DNA from: Octopus vulgaris
Lineage: Eukaryota
DNA: 64,000 bases
Assembly: GCA_951406725.2 (NCBI GenBank)
Contig: OX597831.1
Coordinates: 70,308,001 to 70,372,000, forward strand
Direction: 5' to 3'
Shown here one piece after another: positions 50,647 to 64,000 of the stretch (its first letter is position 1; each line of letters starts with the position of its first letter). A program made the translations under genes and the position numbers. The notes under the pieces are model-generated. The model was not told where the DNA came from. It saw only the letters and a program-made list of their open reading frames with translations, and ran no database searches.

Positions 50647-50697
50647 TTTGTCAGTGAACAGGTCGCGGTCTTAAAGCGACGAAAATATTTTGACAAA
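50647..50697 (+). ncRNA. Type-I hammerhead motif, G3:C8 variant (right arm)
   Basis: UUUGUCA-GUGAACA-G-GUCGC(GGUCUUAAA)GCGAC-GAA-AAUAUU-U-UGACAAA. Confidence 0.7.
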
Positions 50698-51059
50698 TTA
50701 AATGTTGAAGTGAATCGAACGGCTTTTGTGTGTTTCTTAAATGGCTTACAAACACCTTCCATGCTGCAATTGTTTTCGTTTCAACACACGATCTCAGATC
50801 AAATCACATGCTATGCAAGTACATCTCCGTAAAGAATAAATAATTGTTGGAAAAATAATAAACTATGCATGTTATTTTAAAACTGGAAACATTTAGGGTC
50901 ATTACACTCACTAATTAGATCAATCTGAAGCGTCTCACATCACAATTCACCTATCATCATTTATACTGGAAAATAGTGTACCTAAATGTACCCATTGACA
51001 TCATTCAGGTTTTCATTATTCCTTTTTTTTTCCAAGTTTTTTTTTACACTCCCACACAC

Positions 51060-51955
51060 ATCACTGCAAGACGATAGAGTGATCCTGATATTGGTGAAGG
51101 AGAGAGCTTTACCTTACCAGGTTTTAGAATCAGGATAGGACATATCTTTTGGTGTTTCCGAGATCTGCAATCAGTGTTGTAACTGAGGGAGTAGTCTCCA
51201 AGACTTGTTATAGTTGCTTCTGTTAATTACGCACCCCCCTTTCAATTTGTCTTCCCTGTCATTGATGTTTGTGATCAGAAGAAATGGATCCATAAGTTTT
51301 TTTTATCAGTTTTTGAGACAGATGATGAAGTGATCTCCTACATCATATCTAGATCTTTGACTGACGGCATTGTTGAAATGTCAACCTCCGAATCCTGACG
51401 GTGGGTGTTGTCACTATATACTGCTCCTCACTTTGTCTCACTTCTTGGTTTTTCAATTCTTTGAGGCATAAAACTTTCAAATGACTCTTGCTTCTACAAG
51501 TATAACAGCTGAGTCTCTTGCACTATGACACCTATACTATAATCTCTGAGAACAGTTAAGGACTAGTCCTGTGGTTGTGATGGGTCATAAGAACTTTCAA
51601 GTCTATACTGAACCTTTTCTGACCACATGGCATTATTTTGTGACCTTTGTGCTTACCACAAACCCATATTACCAGCGACTGTATTGAGTTATGAATTCAT
51701 GGATGAGTGTGTCACATATGACTTCTGCCTGGTGTCCCTCCTACGTTTTTGTTTTGATGAGCAGATTGAGACTTTCATAAGCTTTCCCTTGAATACTGAT
51801 TGAGTTAATGCCCACACATCACTCAGAACTTCCTTCAACTGATCCTTTCAGGGTACACCATATCCTGCTCTGCTTTCGGTGAAAGATATGTATTGTCAGC
51901 TTTCTCCTTGGCTTAGTGTTGCCAAAGCTCCCTCTAGGCTTCAGATCTGTCCATA
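51060..51955 (-). pseudogene. Decayed gag/ORF1-like remnant with a CCHC zinc knuckle
   Basis: CYTCRSKSHLKVLC (CX2CX4HX4C) at ~51466-51507; no long open frame. Confidence 0.5.
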
Positions 51956-52140
51956 TTTAAATTCTTTATATACTAGAAACAAAAGGTGCAAAAGGCAAAT
52001 GAAGGAATGGGAGGGAAGGAAAGAAACAGAGGATTAAAGTGAAGAAGTGGCTCTTTACTTCTCCTCCTCCATCTCCTCATTCGTCACAATGTTTTTTGAT
52101 AGAGGGAGAAATGTAAATTGTGTAAGTGTGTGAGTGATTT

Positions 52141-52177
<37 letters not shown>

Positions 52178-54306
52178 AGCTATAGACTAAACGAGAGGAA
52201 TTATTGAAGAGGATGAGAGAGAATATGAATAACAGAAACACAGAATAAGAAAACAGACACATAGAAGACAGAAAGAAACATAGAGAGAACACAAGTTTCT
52301 ATAGGAGAAGTTGAAAGGGATGGTAGGAGAGAGAGCGAATGTTTGATACTGTATGTTCTATAGGTGAAAGGGAAAGAAACCTGGCACAGAGAGGGGGGGA
52401 AGCAGGAGAGAAAGAGATGTTAATGTTTAATATTGTATATATATATGTGTGTGTGTGTATGTGTGCGTGTGTGTGTGTGTGCAGCATTCCACAATCATTG
52501 TTAATTTCAATCACTCTTGTGAAGATATTTACGCAACTTTCATTCATTTTGGTTTTTTTAATTCACGTTTTCATTTTCGAAAAAGTCTCTGAGAAAATGT
52601 TCTCACTCTCTACAGAAGGATACAGGGTGGATGTAGACAGTCAGTATTCTACAGTGAAGCAAAGATGAGTACAGGTAGCCAGAGTAAGATCACTAGAGAC
52701 CCCTGCACGACAACAACTAAAACATGGAAATTACTGAAGGAGAGCTGCTGCATGCAGGGCCAATGAGTCAAAAGGGACAAGGGAAAAACAAAATTCAATC
52801 TACAGGAGCCAAGAGTCAAAAAAGGAAAGAGAAAAAAATTTAAAGGGTACAAGACAAAGACAAGATACCAGAGTTGCCTGTGAGACAATAGGTCAGTGAC
52901 AGATGAGACAAAGAAAAAATTAGGAAGAAACAGTTGCTGCAAAACTTCGCCAGGAAAGACGTAAGCATCTTGAATGTTTGACAAAAGAGTTGCACCTTTT
53001 AAGGGGACTTGGAAAAGATCAGCTTTCAGGTATGATCCAGAACATGATTATTCTACAGAGAAATTGATTGATAATGGAGCAATATCAAAAGAGCGCAATG
53101 TTTTTAAAGCAAAGAAATAAGAAAGAGAAACGACCACTATGTGTTGTGGTGGAGGAAAGGTTGTTTTACTGACGTTTGGTACACCTACAGATACTTTGAA
53201 AGCATTGCTTTTGGGAAACACACCCATGAGCATTAGGAATTATAATTCTGCTTTCCAGTGACCTCCTTTGGTAGGAATATTATAAAAGAAGGACATAAGA
53301 GGCAGCAATAAATCTATGAGAGGAGTTACATTAGTTTTATCATGAGATTTCAGACAGACATTACCAGTCATTCTGAGAGGAACAAGATCTGATTATATAA
53401 AGACATGCATTAAGTCTTCACACCTATGGAATAAAGTACAGAAATTCTCCTTCAGTACTAATGTGTGAGCTTTATTACATGGGGATCAATGTGCAAAACA
53501 GTTTTCAATCTGGCTCCTACAATTAGGAAGTGGGAAAGTACCATTTGATGGGAATTGTGATATCAATTTGGATCATATTGCTATCATGGTGAATTCCCCA
53601 GCTGAATTGAAGAACAGGATATTGCCAGACTTGAGTAGAAATTATAATTCACATAAATGGTTGTGTGAAAGGGCAATTCTTACTCCAAAAAATGAGACAG
53701 TAATTAACCATGAATTAATGAATAAGATTCCAACTTATTAAGGAGAACAAATCTGTTGAATCAGTACTTGATGAAAATCAAGCTGTCCATTACCCAACAG
53801 AGTTTCTTAATTCCCCTGAGCCACCCCGGAAATCCTTTGCATAAACTTTCTCCTGAAGGTAGGAGTCCCAATAATGCTTCTAAGAAATTTAGATCTTCTT
53901 GAATTATGCAATGGGACAAGGTTGATTGTGAAGACGTTTTCCCCTAATGTGATAGAAGTTACCATCATCACTGGATGTGCCTTGGAGGAAAAGGTTTACA
54001 TTCCAAGAATTCCAATCAAACCAACAGACATACCATCTGAGTTCAAACGAACACAATTCCCAGTGCGACTTTGCTTCACAATGTCTATTAATAAAACTCA
54101 AGGTCAAACGTTCAAACCTACTGGCTTGCACTTAATTGACCCTTGCTCTTCTCATGGTCAACTTTGTTGGTTGCTCCAGGGTTGGTAGTTTGCAAGACTT
54201 ATTTGTCTATGTTCCAAACCAGAAAACAAAGAATGTTGTTTACCCAGAAGCTCTTATGTAATAGAATTTATTTCCCTTCATAAAAGTGGTAAATTTTGTA
54301 TTTTCA

Positions 54307-54795
<489 letters not shown>

Positions 54796-55258
54796 TTATT
54801 ATTATTATTATTTGTATTATGAAATCAGAATTGATTTCCCAACTGAAGAATAAATTGAATTTAGAATAATAAATGTCTATACAACATATTTTGATTTTTT
54901 CTTCCAATATAAAAGGAACAATTCCATTCCTAGGTAACGCCGGGTGCCTCTGTTAGTATTCTATAAAATTTTGATTTCATTTCATTTGGTTTATATAGTG
55001 TGTCAGGAAATTTAAAATTAATTCTCTTTAGATTTGACTTCCTGAGTTTATGCAGATGAGATATTTGCTCGCTCCAGCTTAACAAAGTGAAAACCTCTTT
55101 CAGGTAACATTTCCACATGATCTACTACCAAGAAACTAGTTGAACTATAATACTTTCACCAATAATGATAGTATATTTGAAGTCTTTCTATGTGAGTTGG
55201 TAATTTTGTGTCTTATCCATTAAACTGCATTAGTTCCACAGAGTTTACACAATGTATA

Positions 55259-55654
55259 GGCGCAGGAGTGGCTGTGTGGTAAGTAGCTTGCTTACCAGCC
55301 ACATGGTTCTGGGTTCAGTCCCACTGCATGGCATCTTGGGCAAGTGTCTTCTACTATAGCCTCGGGCCAACTAAAGCCTTGTGAGTGGATTTGGTAGATG
55401 GAAACTGAAAGAAGCCCGTCGTATATATGTATGTATATATATATGTGTGTGTGTTTCTCCCCCTAGCATTGCTTGACAACTGATGCTGGTGTGTTTACGT
55501 CCCCGTCACTTAGCGGTTCAGCAAAAGAGATCGATAGAATTAGTACTGGGCTTACAAAGAATAAGTCCTGGGGTCGATTTGCTCAACTAAAGGCGATGCT
55601 CCAGCATGGCCGCAGTCAAATGACTGAAACAAGCAAAAGAGTAAAAAGAGTAAA
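55259..55654 (+). mobile_element. SINE family A
   Basis: Full match. Confidence 0.92.
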
Positions 55655-56215
55655 ATGTATATATCGAATGGCTTTTTAAAAAAATCTTAGAATTCAAAGT
55701 AAAAAAAATCATCTCACCTGAACTATATTTGAACTAATTTCAAATTTTCTTTGGTATTTACACAATCACTGCATTTGAGATGGCCCATTCTGTACAGTAC
55801 TGTTTTGATGCATACACATTGCTTCACTGATCTGAATTAGAATGACATTGAGGCTAACTCAGTCTGTCATCTCTCCCAGGAGAGAAGTATCAATATAATA
55901 ATTACCGGTGATGTTTTATAGTTGCTTTAGTTAACTTAACTCATTTTCAATTATGGTTGACCTTGAACCTATTGAAACGGTATTTTCTAAATATTTCAGA
56001 GGAACATAAAGTAGATATAAATCCCAAAACAATTTGTTCATTTACCTTGTGTTCTATTCTCAAGTGCAATCATCACAATCATTATTTATGATTGCTGTTG
56101 AGAAAATGCATCAGTTTTAGCCAATCTCATTTTTCCTTTCTCTGATACTCTGAAATTATTAAAGAAACCAATATTTTCCCATTATTACACATTAATATGA
56201 TTAATTTACTCTGAA

Positions 56216-56447
56216 GGACGGCAAGCTGGCAGAAACGTTAGCACCCCGGGCGAAATGCGTAGCCGTATTTCGTCTGTCGTTACGCTGCGAGTTCAAATTC
56301 CGCCGAGGTCGACTTTGCCTTTCATCCTTTCGGGGTCGATAAATAAAGTACCAGTTTCGCACTGGGGTCGATGTAATCGACTTAATCCGTGTGTCTGTCC
56401 TTGTTTGTCCCCTCTATGTTTAGCCCCTTGTGGGTAGTAAAGAAATA
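56216..56447 (+). mobile_element. SINE family B
   Basis: Full match; TTTACTCT on both flanks. Confidence 0.9.
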
Positions 56448-59400
56448 TATTTTACTCTATAGATTTTTGTATTGCTAAGAGGTCCACTGCCTGGAAATTC
56501 AAGCTTGTTTGTAATGAGATTTTTGGCATGTAAGAAGGGTGCTTTAAATCTAATGCAATTTAATTAACCCTTTTGGCTCTGACCCACCTGAGACACTTTC
56601 TACTTCAACAACACAAAAATGTCCGATTTGTGTTCATAATTAAATAAAAAGCTTAATTACAAATTTCATATCACTTATATTGGTAAAGACTTTAGAAAAA
56701 GCATCACATTTCTCTACTTCCCTTACAAAAAGGGTGAGAGGCTTCATATTTAGTTAAAGTAAACCAATAATTTTCAGCCGATTCTTAGAATTAATTGCAA
56801 GTCTTTTACTTTACAATTTTCTGTGATGATTCCAATTTGTATATACTTTGCATTTTTCAAATAATTCAAAATAATTAATCATTATAGCTAAATACACATA
56901 CTAGTATTTGAAAAGACTACAGCAAGTTTGGACAAATGAAAATCAATTCAGTTGAATGTACAGCTTCAAAGTAATTTACTAGAATGCTGTTTTGCTTTTC
57001 CCTCAGTTTTCAGAAATTCTTTGGTTTAAATTGTAGTTTTCTATTTTCATTTTTTTATTTAATGAAGGAGTGTGAAACACATATCACTGTATCTTGTTCT
57101 ATGAGTATTTCCTTCTCAGTTCACACATGCATGAAAAAATTATTAACATAGAATCTCTGGGTATGTGCCAATGTAAAAAATATAAAATACTGCTATGTAT
57201 TTAATGGATTTCAACACTTTTTCTATTTGCTTCCTACCTTAAATATGTAGTTTGGTTAACATAGCTCTAATTCGAGCCATTTATAATCATGACCCAATAA
57301 GCTATGCACCTGCTTGAAACAAATGTATTTCATTTCCTGTGTGGAATTTTCTTTTCTTTATGCACTGGTTACATGATATCGGTGTGTTGAGTAGAAGGTA
57401 AGAGAGAGAGAGAGAGATATTGAATTAGAGTACATAGATTGATTTGAAATATTTTTTAAAATTATGTTTTATTTTCATTATATTGTGTATATACATCTAA
57501 CTTGCTTTTACCAAAAGTAGTTATTAAAGACATAAATAAACTAGAAATATTTCTCTTTTATTATTTATTTTATCCACTTTCATGCTTTGTGTTTGAAGTG
57601 TTTCACTCCATTCTCTCAAAAATCATTCGTAACATTTTTCATGCTAAATGTTTTTTGATCCAAACTGAACAAGAATTTTTATTTCCTTTCCCAACAGTAG
57701 TTCTTAAATTTTTATCTTAACAAATATCCTTTGTTCAATAATTCATATTTAAAACTCATCAGTTTTAAAATGCAGTAAAGCAACTGCTAATTTAAAGCCA
57801 ATGCAGATCACTTAACTTACACCTCTAATGTCTTTCTCTCTTCATCTGATACTTTTATCCAGTGGATCTGGGTAATTGTGTTTATAGAACAAGTTAACAC
57901 TTTCAAGAAGTGACTAAGCAAGTGTTCTCAGACCCAGGGTTAAAGTCTCATCTCCATCTTAATTATCAGGAAAAATATGCCAGTGGAGATTTTGTACTCT
58001 TTCACCACATGGGGAGCAGCTGTTTCTTTTCATCTCCCTCTTCCGATGTCTCTACTTTCAGCTTAATTGGAAGATGGTGAGTTGCTAGAGTTTAAAGAGA
58101 GCCAGACTAAATATCTTATGAGCTTATATTTAATCACTGTGTTAATTGTGTTAATTGTGCCTTTCCATTATTTAGGGTTAATCTGATTAACTCTACCTCC
58201 TTTCTTATCAGAATTAATTATTTGTTTTGCTTGGTGTTTATACAATATTTTAACTCAGACACCACTAGCCATTGAAATTTTAACCTCTATGACACTGTCC
58301 CTTCTGTGAGAAATAGTAATCAAATTTTTTCTTATTCACCATCTTAAAAAAGGAGACTACATTAAATAATGTAGTTATAGATATCAATATTTTTTGAGAA
58401 CAAAATTGGGATATTCATATACTGAACCTCTTTGATCATGGCTCAGTTTGAGATAATTGACTGGAAGCTAAGTATTAACAATTACAGAAACAAGCACCAT
58501 AGCCTGAGATGGTTTCAATATCCACTTGAAACAAATTCAACTTTCATTGCTTAATGCCCTTCAGTAAGATTAAAACATAACATCATACAATCTTATTTTT
58601 CTGTTCTATTCCTAATTTGTGTAGTTGGGTGGTATTGTAAGCAATCGATATTATTCCACAGAGTTATAGTGAGTGCCATCGGGCAAGGATACAAGAATTC
58701 AAAGAAGCTAAGACTTTCATGCAGTTTCTGTATCAGATTGAAGCTATTTCACTTCATGTAAACTATCAATGATGATGGGAGAAGATATGGAAGTAACTTT
58801 TCTATTTCTCTTTTCTTAAAACACAAGATTCTTCCTCTGCCAAGTGAACATGAAATAAATACTTTATATACAGTTTATGAATCAAACACTGAAATATATT
58901 CAAATAGTCATAGTGGTATCTAAAAATTATTTTGGTTTTTCTGCTCAAATCTCCTTTTCCAGTATTTCACAGTTTGAAAATTTTCACTGAAGGTCAAATA
59001 TACCAGATCATGCATCTGAATCAAAGAATGTGCAAGACACATGCACAAACACTGCACACATATATGTACATGCACATACACACACTGATATGCAAAAACA
59101 GATAAATAAACACATGCAGATATCCCACAGCAAGATACACAATTCCATTATGCAATTGTAATGTGGATGCTTAGAAAGATTTTCTTGGCAAAAAGATAAT
59201 GCAATTTTATATTTATTTATTTCTTATTTTTGACATGCTAGATCCTGCCTTTGCTAAACAGAAACTTGTCAAACAATTAAATGATACAAGTTGTGTTGAA
59301 AGCAAAACTGGATTGGTATGTTTTTATTTCAGTCTGTTTTTATTTCTCAACTTTTATCTCTTTTTGTTGATGTAAAAAAAAGCCAAAAATAAAAAAAAAT

Positions 59401-59619
59401 TAGAAAGCATTTTATCACTTTAGTTGAAACCTATTATTTTCTTAACAATATATGAAAAATATTGAAGCTGTTGCTATCACGGAATAATGTCTTTATTTAA
59501 GAAACAATTTGGGATGGGATATTTTTTGTGTTGTTATATATTTTATATTTACAAATTTATATATATATATGCATTTTATTATTTTACACTATCTTGGGTT
59601 TACATGGCACTATTAGTAT

Positions 59620-59900
59620 GTGCACACATACACACATCAAAACACACATATACACTAATACATATGCATATGTGTGTGTACAAATATATATATATATATA
59701 TATAATACACATATGTATATATGCATATGTGTGTGTGCACGTGTGTGCATGTGTGTGTGTATAATAATACATGCATATACACATTTACATACACACACAT
59801 GTGTATATATGTATATGTGCATATATATATGTGTGTGTGTGAGTGTAGATAGATAGATAGATGTGCATGCATACACATCTATATAAATCTATCTATACAC
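59620..59900. repeat. Degenerate (TA)/(CA)/(TG) microsatellite
   Basis: Visible. Confidence 0.9.
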
Positions 59901-62339
59901 TTATGTGTTTGTAAAAAATGTCTTTCATGGTGGATTGCATACAGCAGTTTCAATTTCCTAATGGTTTTCAGCGCCTTACCATATTGACTACAAACATAAC
60001 CACAACTATTTTGCTACTAGCATTACCATCAACATCACCATAAACGCTATCATCATTTTCTTTCCAGTTCCTCAAACAACATTTTAATACGCAGCACTAC
60101 CACTACAGCTGCACCAACCAGCCACCACTGTCATCATTACCACCTCTACAATCAATGTCACAATTGTACTATTATCCTCATAGTTCCACTGAAGGTACTA
60201 CAGTCATCATCACAATCATAATCATCATCAATAGCAACTACTAGCACACACTAGAATTATTACCCTTTCTTGCTGCAACTCATTGCATGGCCATTAATCC
60301 TGCTAGAAACAATGACTATTTCTCTGAGCTGAGCTTCCCTTTTTTGAAAATGGGAAGGACAAATGTTTGCTAGATACTGTAAGTTACCTAAAATGATAAT
60401 GGGACGTTCATAGCAGGGAATCCTTTGATCATACATTTACTGAATCGATCTGACTTGGGTTTAAACAACAACCACCAAAACAACTATGATTCTTGTCACT
60501 GTCACTTCTACCATAGCAAACACTGTTCCTTCTAAAATAACAAACATTGCCTTCACTAGGTATTACCTACCCTCCCCCACAGCAACTGTTACTACCACCA
60601 TTGTACCATTACCAGAACTGTTCTCATAAAAAAATCAAACACACTAGATCAAAGTTCAATTATAGGTTAGTGGATTTAAAAGAGAATATTGATTTTTAGC
60701 ATTGGCACATATCAACAAAGTTTAGAACTGATAGGTAGGGTAGGATTAATCGATCATAACTGGGCCCAGCACCTTCGTTATTGACCTCAGTAAGGTTGAA
60801 CTATAAATACTGCAGAGCATTTTGATTGGTAGTGTACTAATTTTTTCAGCTACTGCAACACTTAAAAGGAAATATGAATATATTAAAGGATAACTGTTAC
60901 CTAATGTTAAAATATGACAGCTAATACCTCTTGCTTGCAGCATTGACTTTCTATTCCAGAATGGAAAAGAAAATTCTCTTACTTTTGCACTATCTGTGGC
61001 TAACTATGATTAAAAGGAGGAAGAGGAATTAACATACTATTAACAGGAATATGGGTGAAACAAACTCAAATCCTCATCTTCGGCAACATGTAAATATACA
61101 AGAAATAAGATAATAAAATATATAACGTCAAATAAAATAAAACTATTGAAAAAGTAAAAAAATTAAAATAAATAAATAATAAAAAGTCATTTAATCTACT
61201 TAATGTCAATGATTGTGTGTCTTTGAGATAAATACAAACAAAATATTGAGAAATATTTTCGATTTACTTTTATCAATTTTACAAAACTTAAATAATGCAT
61301 AATGAACTAATTAACACTAAAACCAATCAACAGATTTACCAAACCCAAGAGAAATCAGCAATAATTATTTATATATTAGTCATAAGGACAAGGAAAAGAT
61401 AATAATACGTCACAAAGCCATATATTTTAAAAGAATATGAATCAAGCAAAATTAATTGAGATATACATAAATGTATGATTTCTAACATTAGTACTCGGCA
61501 GCTATGCATAGTGGAGATGGAGGGACTATAACCGATTGTAGGTGCACCAATATACAGGTGGAACTGTATTATTTTATGGACTCAGTTAGATAAAAACCAA
61601 AGTCAACATCCAAAACTATTTGATGTTTACTTTGCTTCTCATCCAAAGCAAAGATGAATGAGAAAGGAGATAGTTTAACTCTACAAGCCATTATTTAATC
61701 TAGTGGTTAATGGTTCCTGCTTGTCCACCAATTTGGCTTACATAACTAAATATATATTTATAATGTAGAAATATTAAAATAATATATGATTGTTGTATGT
61801 TCAACACAACAAATGAATAGCATAGAGTAGTGAGTAAAGTCTTGTCAGTCAACTTCTGTAGTGCACAATATATTGCATCCAGGAAACACTGTAAAAGGGT
61901 TTGTGATAGGAAGGGTATTTTAGTGCAAAAACCATATCAAATTAACTGTGATGATATTAGGTGCAGAAGACCATCTAGTTTTGTTGACAGGGCAACTAAA
62001 ATTAATAGTAGACTTTAAACCTAGCCTAGGAGCAGAGCCACTGGCCAGAAAGATCCAAGGGCTAAGAACTCCATGCCACTAAAATTATTCAAATCTTGCA
62101 GGGATTTTAGCAATATATCAAGTCTTAATATAGATAAGCTATGATTTAAAGAGACTGATTTTCTTTGTAAAGTTTGCTGGAGAAGAAAGAGAAAATATAA
62201 ACATCTGTTCACTTAACTTGATGATTCATTGAAATTTAGATACATTATCTAGAATCACCGTAATAGGTTCAGTAATACAAAATTTAGAATTCTCATAATT
62301 AAACAAAACACACTTTGCATTCCATTTTTGAAAACAAAA

Positions 62340-62900
62340 GTTTTATTATTTCAGTGATAGCAATACTCCCTACCAAATTCATTCCCTTTGCTGAAGATAG
62401 CTAGATTGATATTTCCCATAACATCTTGCTTCTCAAGAAGCTTTTGAAATGTTTTATCTTGCTGAAGGATTTCTCAGTAAAACTGACAGTGATGCAGGAA
62501 TATTTGCAACATAAAACATACATTTGAAAAATGGTATTTGAATTGTAAATTTTTATTGCATTTAAAAATTCATGAGAGCTCACCAAAGTTTGTTGCATGT
62601 ATCAAGGTACTGCATTTTTTCCTGCATGGATTCTGAGAAATCATCTAGTTTTATGTTCAAAGTTCTGCATGCACAATTGAGTTCTTCTTTCACTATTCTT
62701 TGATATCACAAAGTACAGAGCAACCTATTAATTGTGCTTGTACTTCCAAACCACTTTGACATCCTGAAAAAGGTTCATAAGAGCCATCAAGAAGAAATTT
62801 CCTCTTGTCCATCATAGTCCTCAGAGATCCTAAGTCTTACTCTTTTGTCAACTTACCCATGTGATAGGAATGGGATTAATTTTGATTTCCTCAGTAACTA
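62340..62900 (-). mobile_element. hAT transposase C-terminal (dimerisation domain) remnant
   Basis: ITVSFTEKSFSKIKHFKSFLRSKM resembles VTVASAERSFSKLKxIKxYLRSTM. Confidence 0.75.
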
Positions 62901-63786
62901 ACTTTACTTTATTTAAAATTTGTGACTATTTACCAGATTGACCTATAAGTTCATTGAAAAGTAACTCTAGATTTGAGACCCCTACATTTGTTGTGGCATC
63001 TCTTGCTTAGGTGAGATGATTTCTACTGTCCACCTGTATACGAATGTTAGGCCGCATCAGTAGCATAAGAATGCAAATGATGGATATGTTTCATTACACA
63101 TTTGACTCCATTACAGGTCCTGGCAAGTGATTGAGAGACAGAAGTTTGTTTAATGCAAGTCACATTACCGTAAGATGAGCAGGAAATAATCCCAAACCTG
63201 CACCTCAGACCTGTTCATTGAGAACCTGACAAAGCATGGATGGATTCATTTGGATTCTCCTTAGGAATAATCCCAAATTATAAACCGGTTGTGTAATTCC
63301 AATAAATTCCTGTTTGTCTCAATTTGATCGAAATCTATTATCAACAATGAAGATGAATCACAAATCAATAAAAGATGGCAATAAATCATTCACGAAATTC
63401 AGAGAGGTTAAGTTTAAAGTTTTATTGTTTTAGCTGCACTTACTTTAAATTAAAACTTTAATAAAAAGAATACTTTAATATTAATACAGTTAACACATTA
63501 CTGAGAGTAAGATATTGATAAATGAATGCAATAAGATACTGCACTATTTAGTAAAAAAACAACTCATTCTCCTGAAGCAAAGTTTAAATTTGTTTCTTAG
63601 CCTAATATGGTTATTATACTGTGAATAAGTGGCACAATACGCCAAGCTGATCAAACATTGGCTTTTAAACATTATAGGCCATTTTCAATGTTTAAAAGCC
63701 AATTATCAATCTATCTATCTAGCTATCTATCTATTTATCTATCCATCTGTCTCTCTATCTCTATCCATCCATCCATACACACACAC

Positions 63787-63992
<206 letters not shown>

Positions 63993-64000
63993 GAGAGTGT

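Larger units (their letters stand above)
50472..50831. mobile_element. PLE-like inverted pseudo-LTR pair (arms ~50472-50613 and 50624-50761)
   Basis: ~140-bp inverted repeat with a 6-bp indel; each arm carries a hammerhead motif; the right arm extends ~70 bp further. Confidence 0.8.

Noticed and set aside
50471-50762. Two near-identical ORFs on opposite strands (MEGVCKPFKK...)
   Set aside because: A consequence of the inverted repeat; non-ATG starts and no coding signal

Overview
AT-rich eukaryotic (metazoan) non-coding DNA made almost entirely of transposon debris and microsatellites. The SINE families and repeat landscape suggest an octopus genome (inference). I could not support any intact host protein-coding gene; nearly all ORF-track entries are SINE or microsatellite artefacts. 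Recognisable content: about 18 copies of a ~400-bp tRNA-derived SINE (family A) and about 7 of a second SINE (family B); RTE LINE fragments and RTE-tail elements; a decayed Ty3/Gypsy provirus (~34.5-39.7 kb); a probable solo LTR; two decayed RepHel Helitrons plus four non-autonomous Helitron copies; Tc1/mariner and hAT remnants; an R4/Dong-like 3' end; and Penelope-like (PLE) remnants. Most interesting: seven type-I hammerhead-ribozyme motifs folded by eye in at least five unrelated small elements, including non-canonical cores (G3:C8 swap, U4C, A6U, extra 9b base) with palindromic stem III. Also notable: a near-perfect 384-bp inverted duplication, a ~185-bp direct duplication exactly bracketing a SINE, and a composite Helitron that appears to split an LTR target-site duplication. 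Coordinates were counted by hand and may be off by a few bases; family names come from recalled motifs, not database searches.
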